64,000 nt of DNA from assembly GCA_965202585.1 (NCBI GenBank), contig OZ241827.1:58218001-58282000 (forward strand), in the 5' to 3' direction. Position numbers and translations under genes: made by a program. Below, in pieces: positions 63,966 through 64,000 of this stretch (positions are counted from its first letter, which is position 1; every line of letters starts with the position of its first letter). A model generated the notes under the pieces. The model had not been told where the DNA came from and ran no database searches. It was given only the letters and a program-made list of their open reading frames with translations. The DNA is from Thalia democratica. Its lineage: Eukaryota.

Positions 63966-64000
63966 ATCACTAAGTTAAATTTGTATTTTATGCAATAAAT

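Overview
Eukaryotic (metazoan) genomic window with very AT-rich introns and GC/CpG-rich exons; I infer an invertebrate, possibly a tunicate-like deuterostome, but cannot determine the species from the sequence. About 54 kb is one minus-strand gene for a fibrocystin-L (PKHD1L1-like) protein. I reconstructed it by hand as 88 coding exons, all GT-AG and phase-consistent, 13,158 nt, about 4,385 aa: signal peptide, IPT/TIG repeats, PA14, a cupredoxin-like insert, two G8 + beta-helix blocks and a duplicated C-terminal Ig-like module, with no transmembrane anchor before the stop. A stand-alone ZP-module gene lies head-to-head with it on the plus strand (ATGs 726 bp apart). Downstream on the minus strand are two clean exons for a transmembrane helix plus a PPxY-like tail; their only obvious first exon has an in-frame TAG. 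The introns hold five hAT-type DNA elements with 8-bp target-site duplications (TSDs), two of them ~3.3-kb sister copies with a decayed Buster/Charlie-type transposase C-terminus. Most unusual observations: a ~39-bp tandem array of decoy 3' splice sites, four other duplicated exon-intron junctions, about two-thirds of donors with a pyrimidine at +3, and a candidate 18-nt micro-exon. Most supplied ORFs are antisense shadows or intron read-throughs. No rRNA, tRNA or CRISPR was seen. All coordinates and counts are manual and need RNA-seq confirmation.
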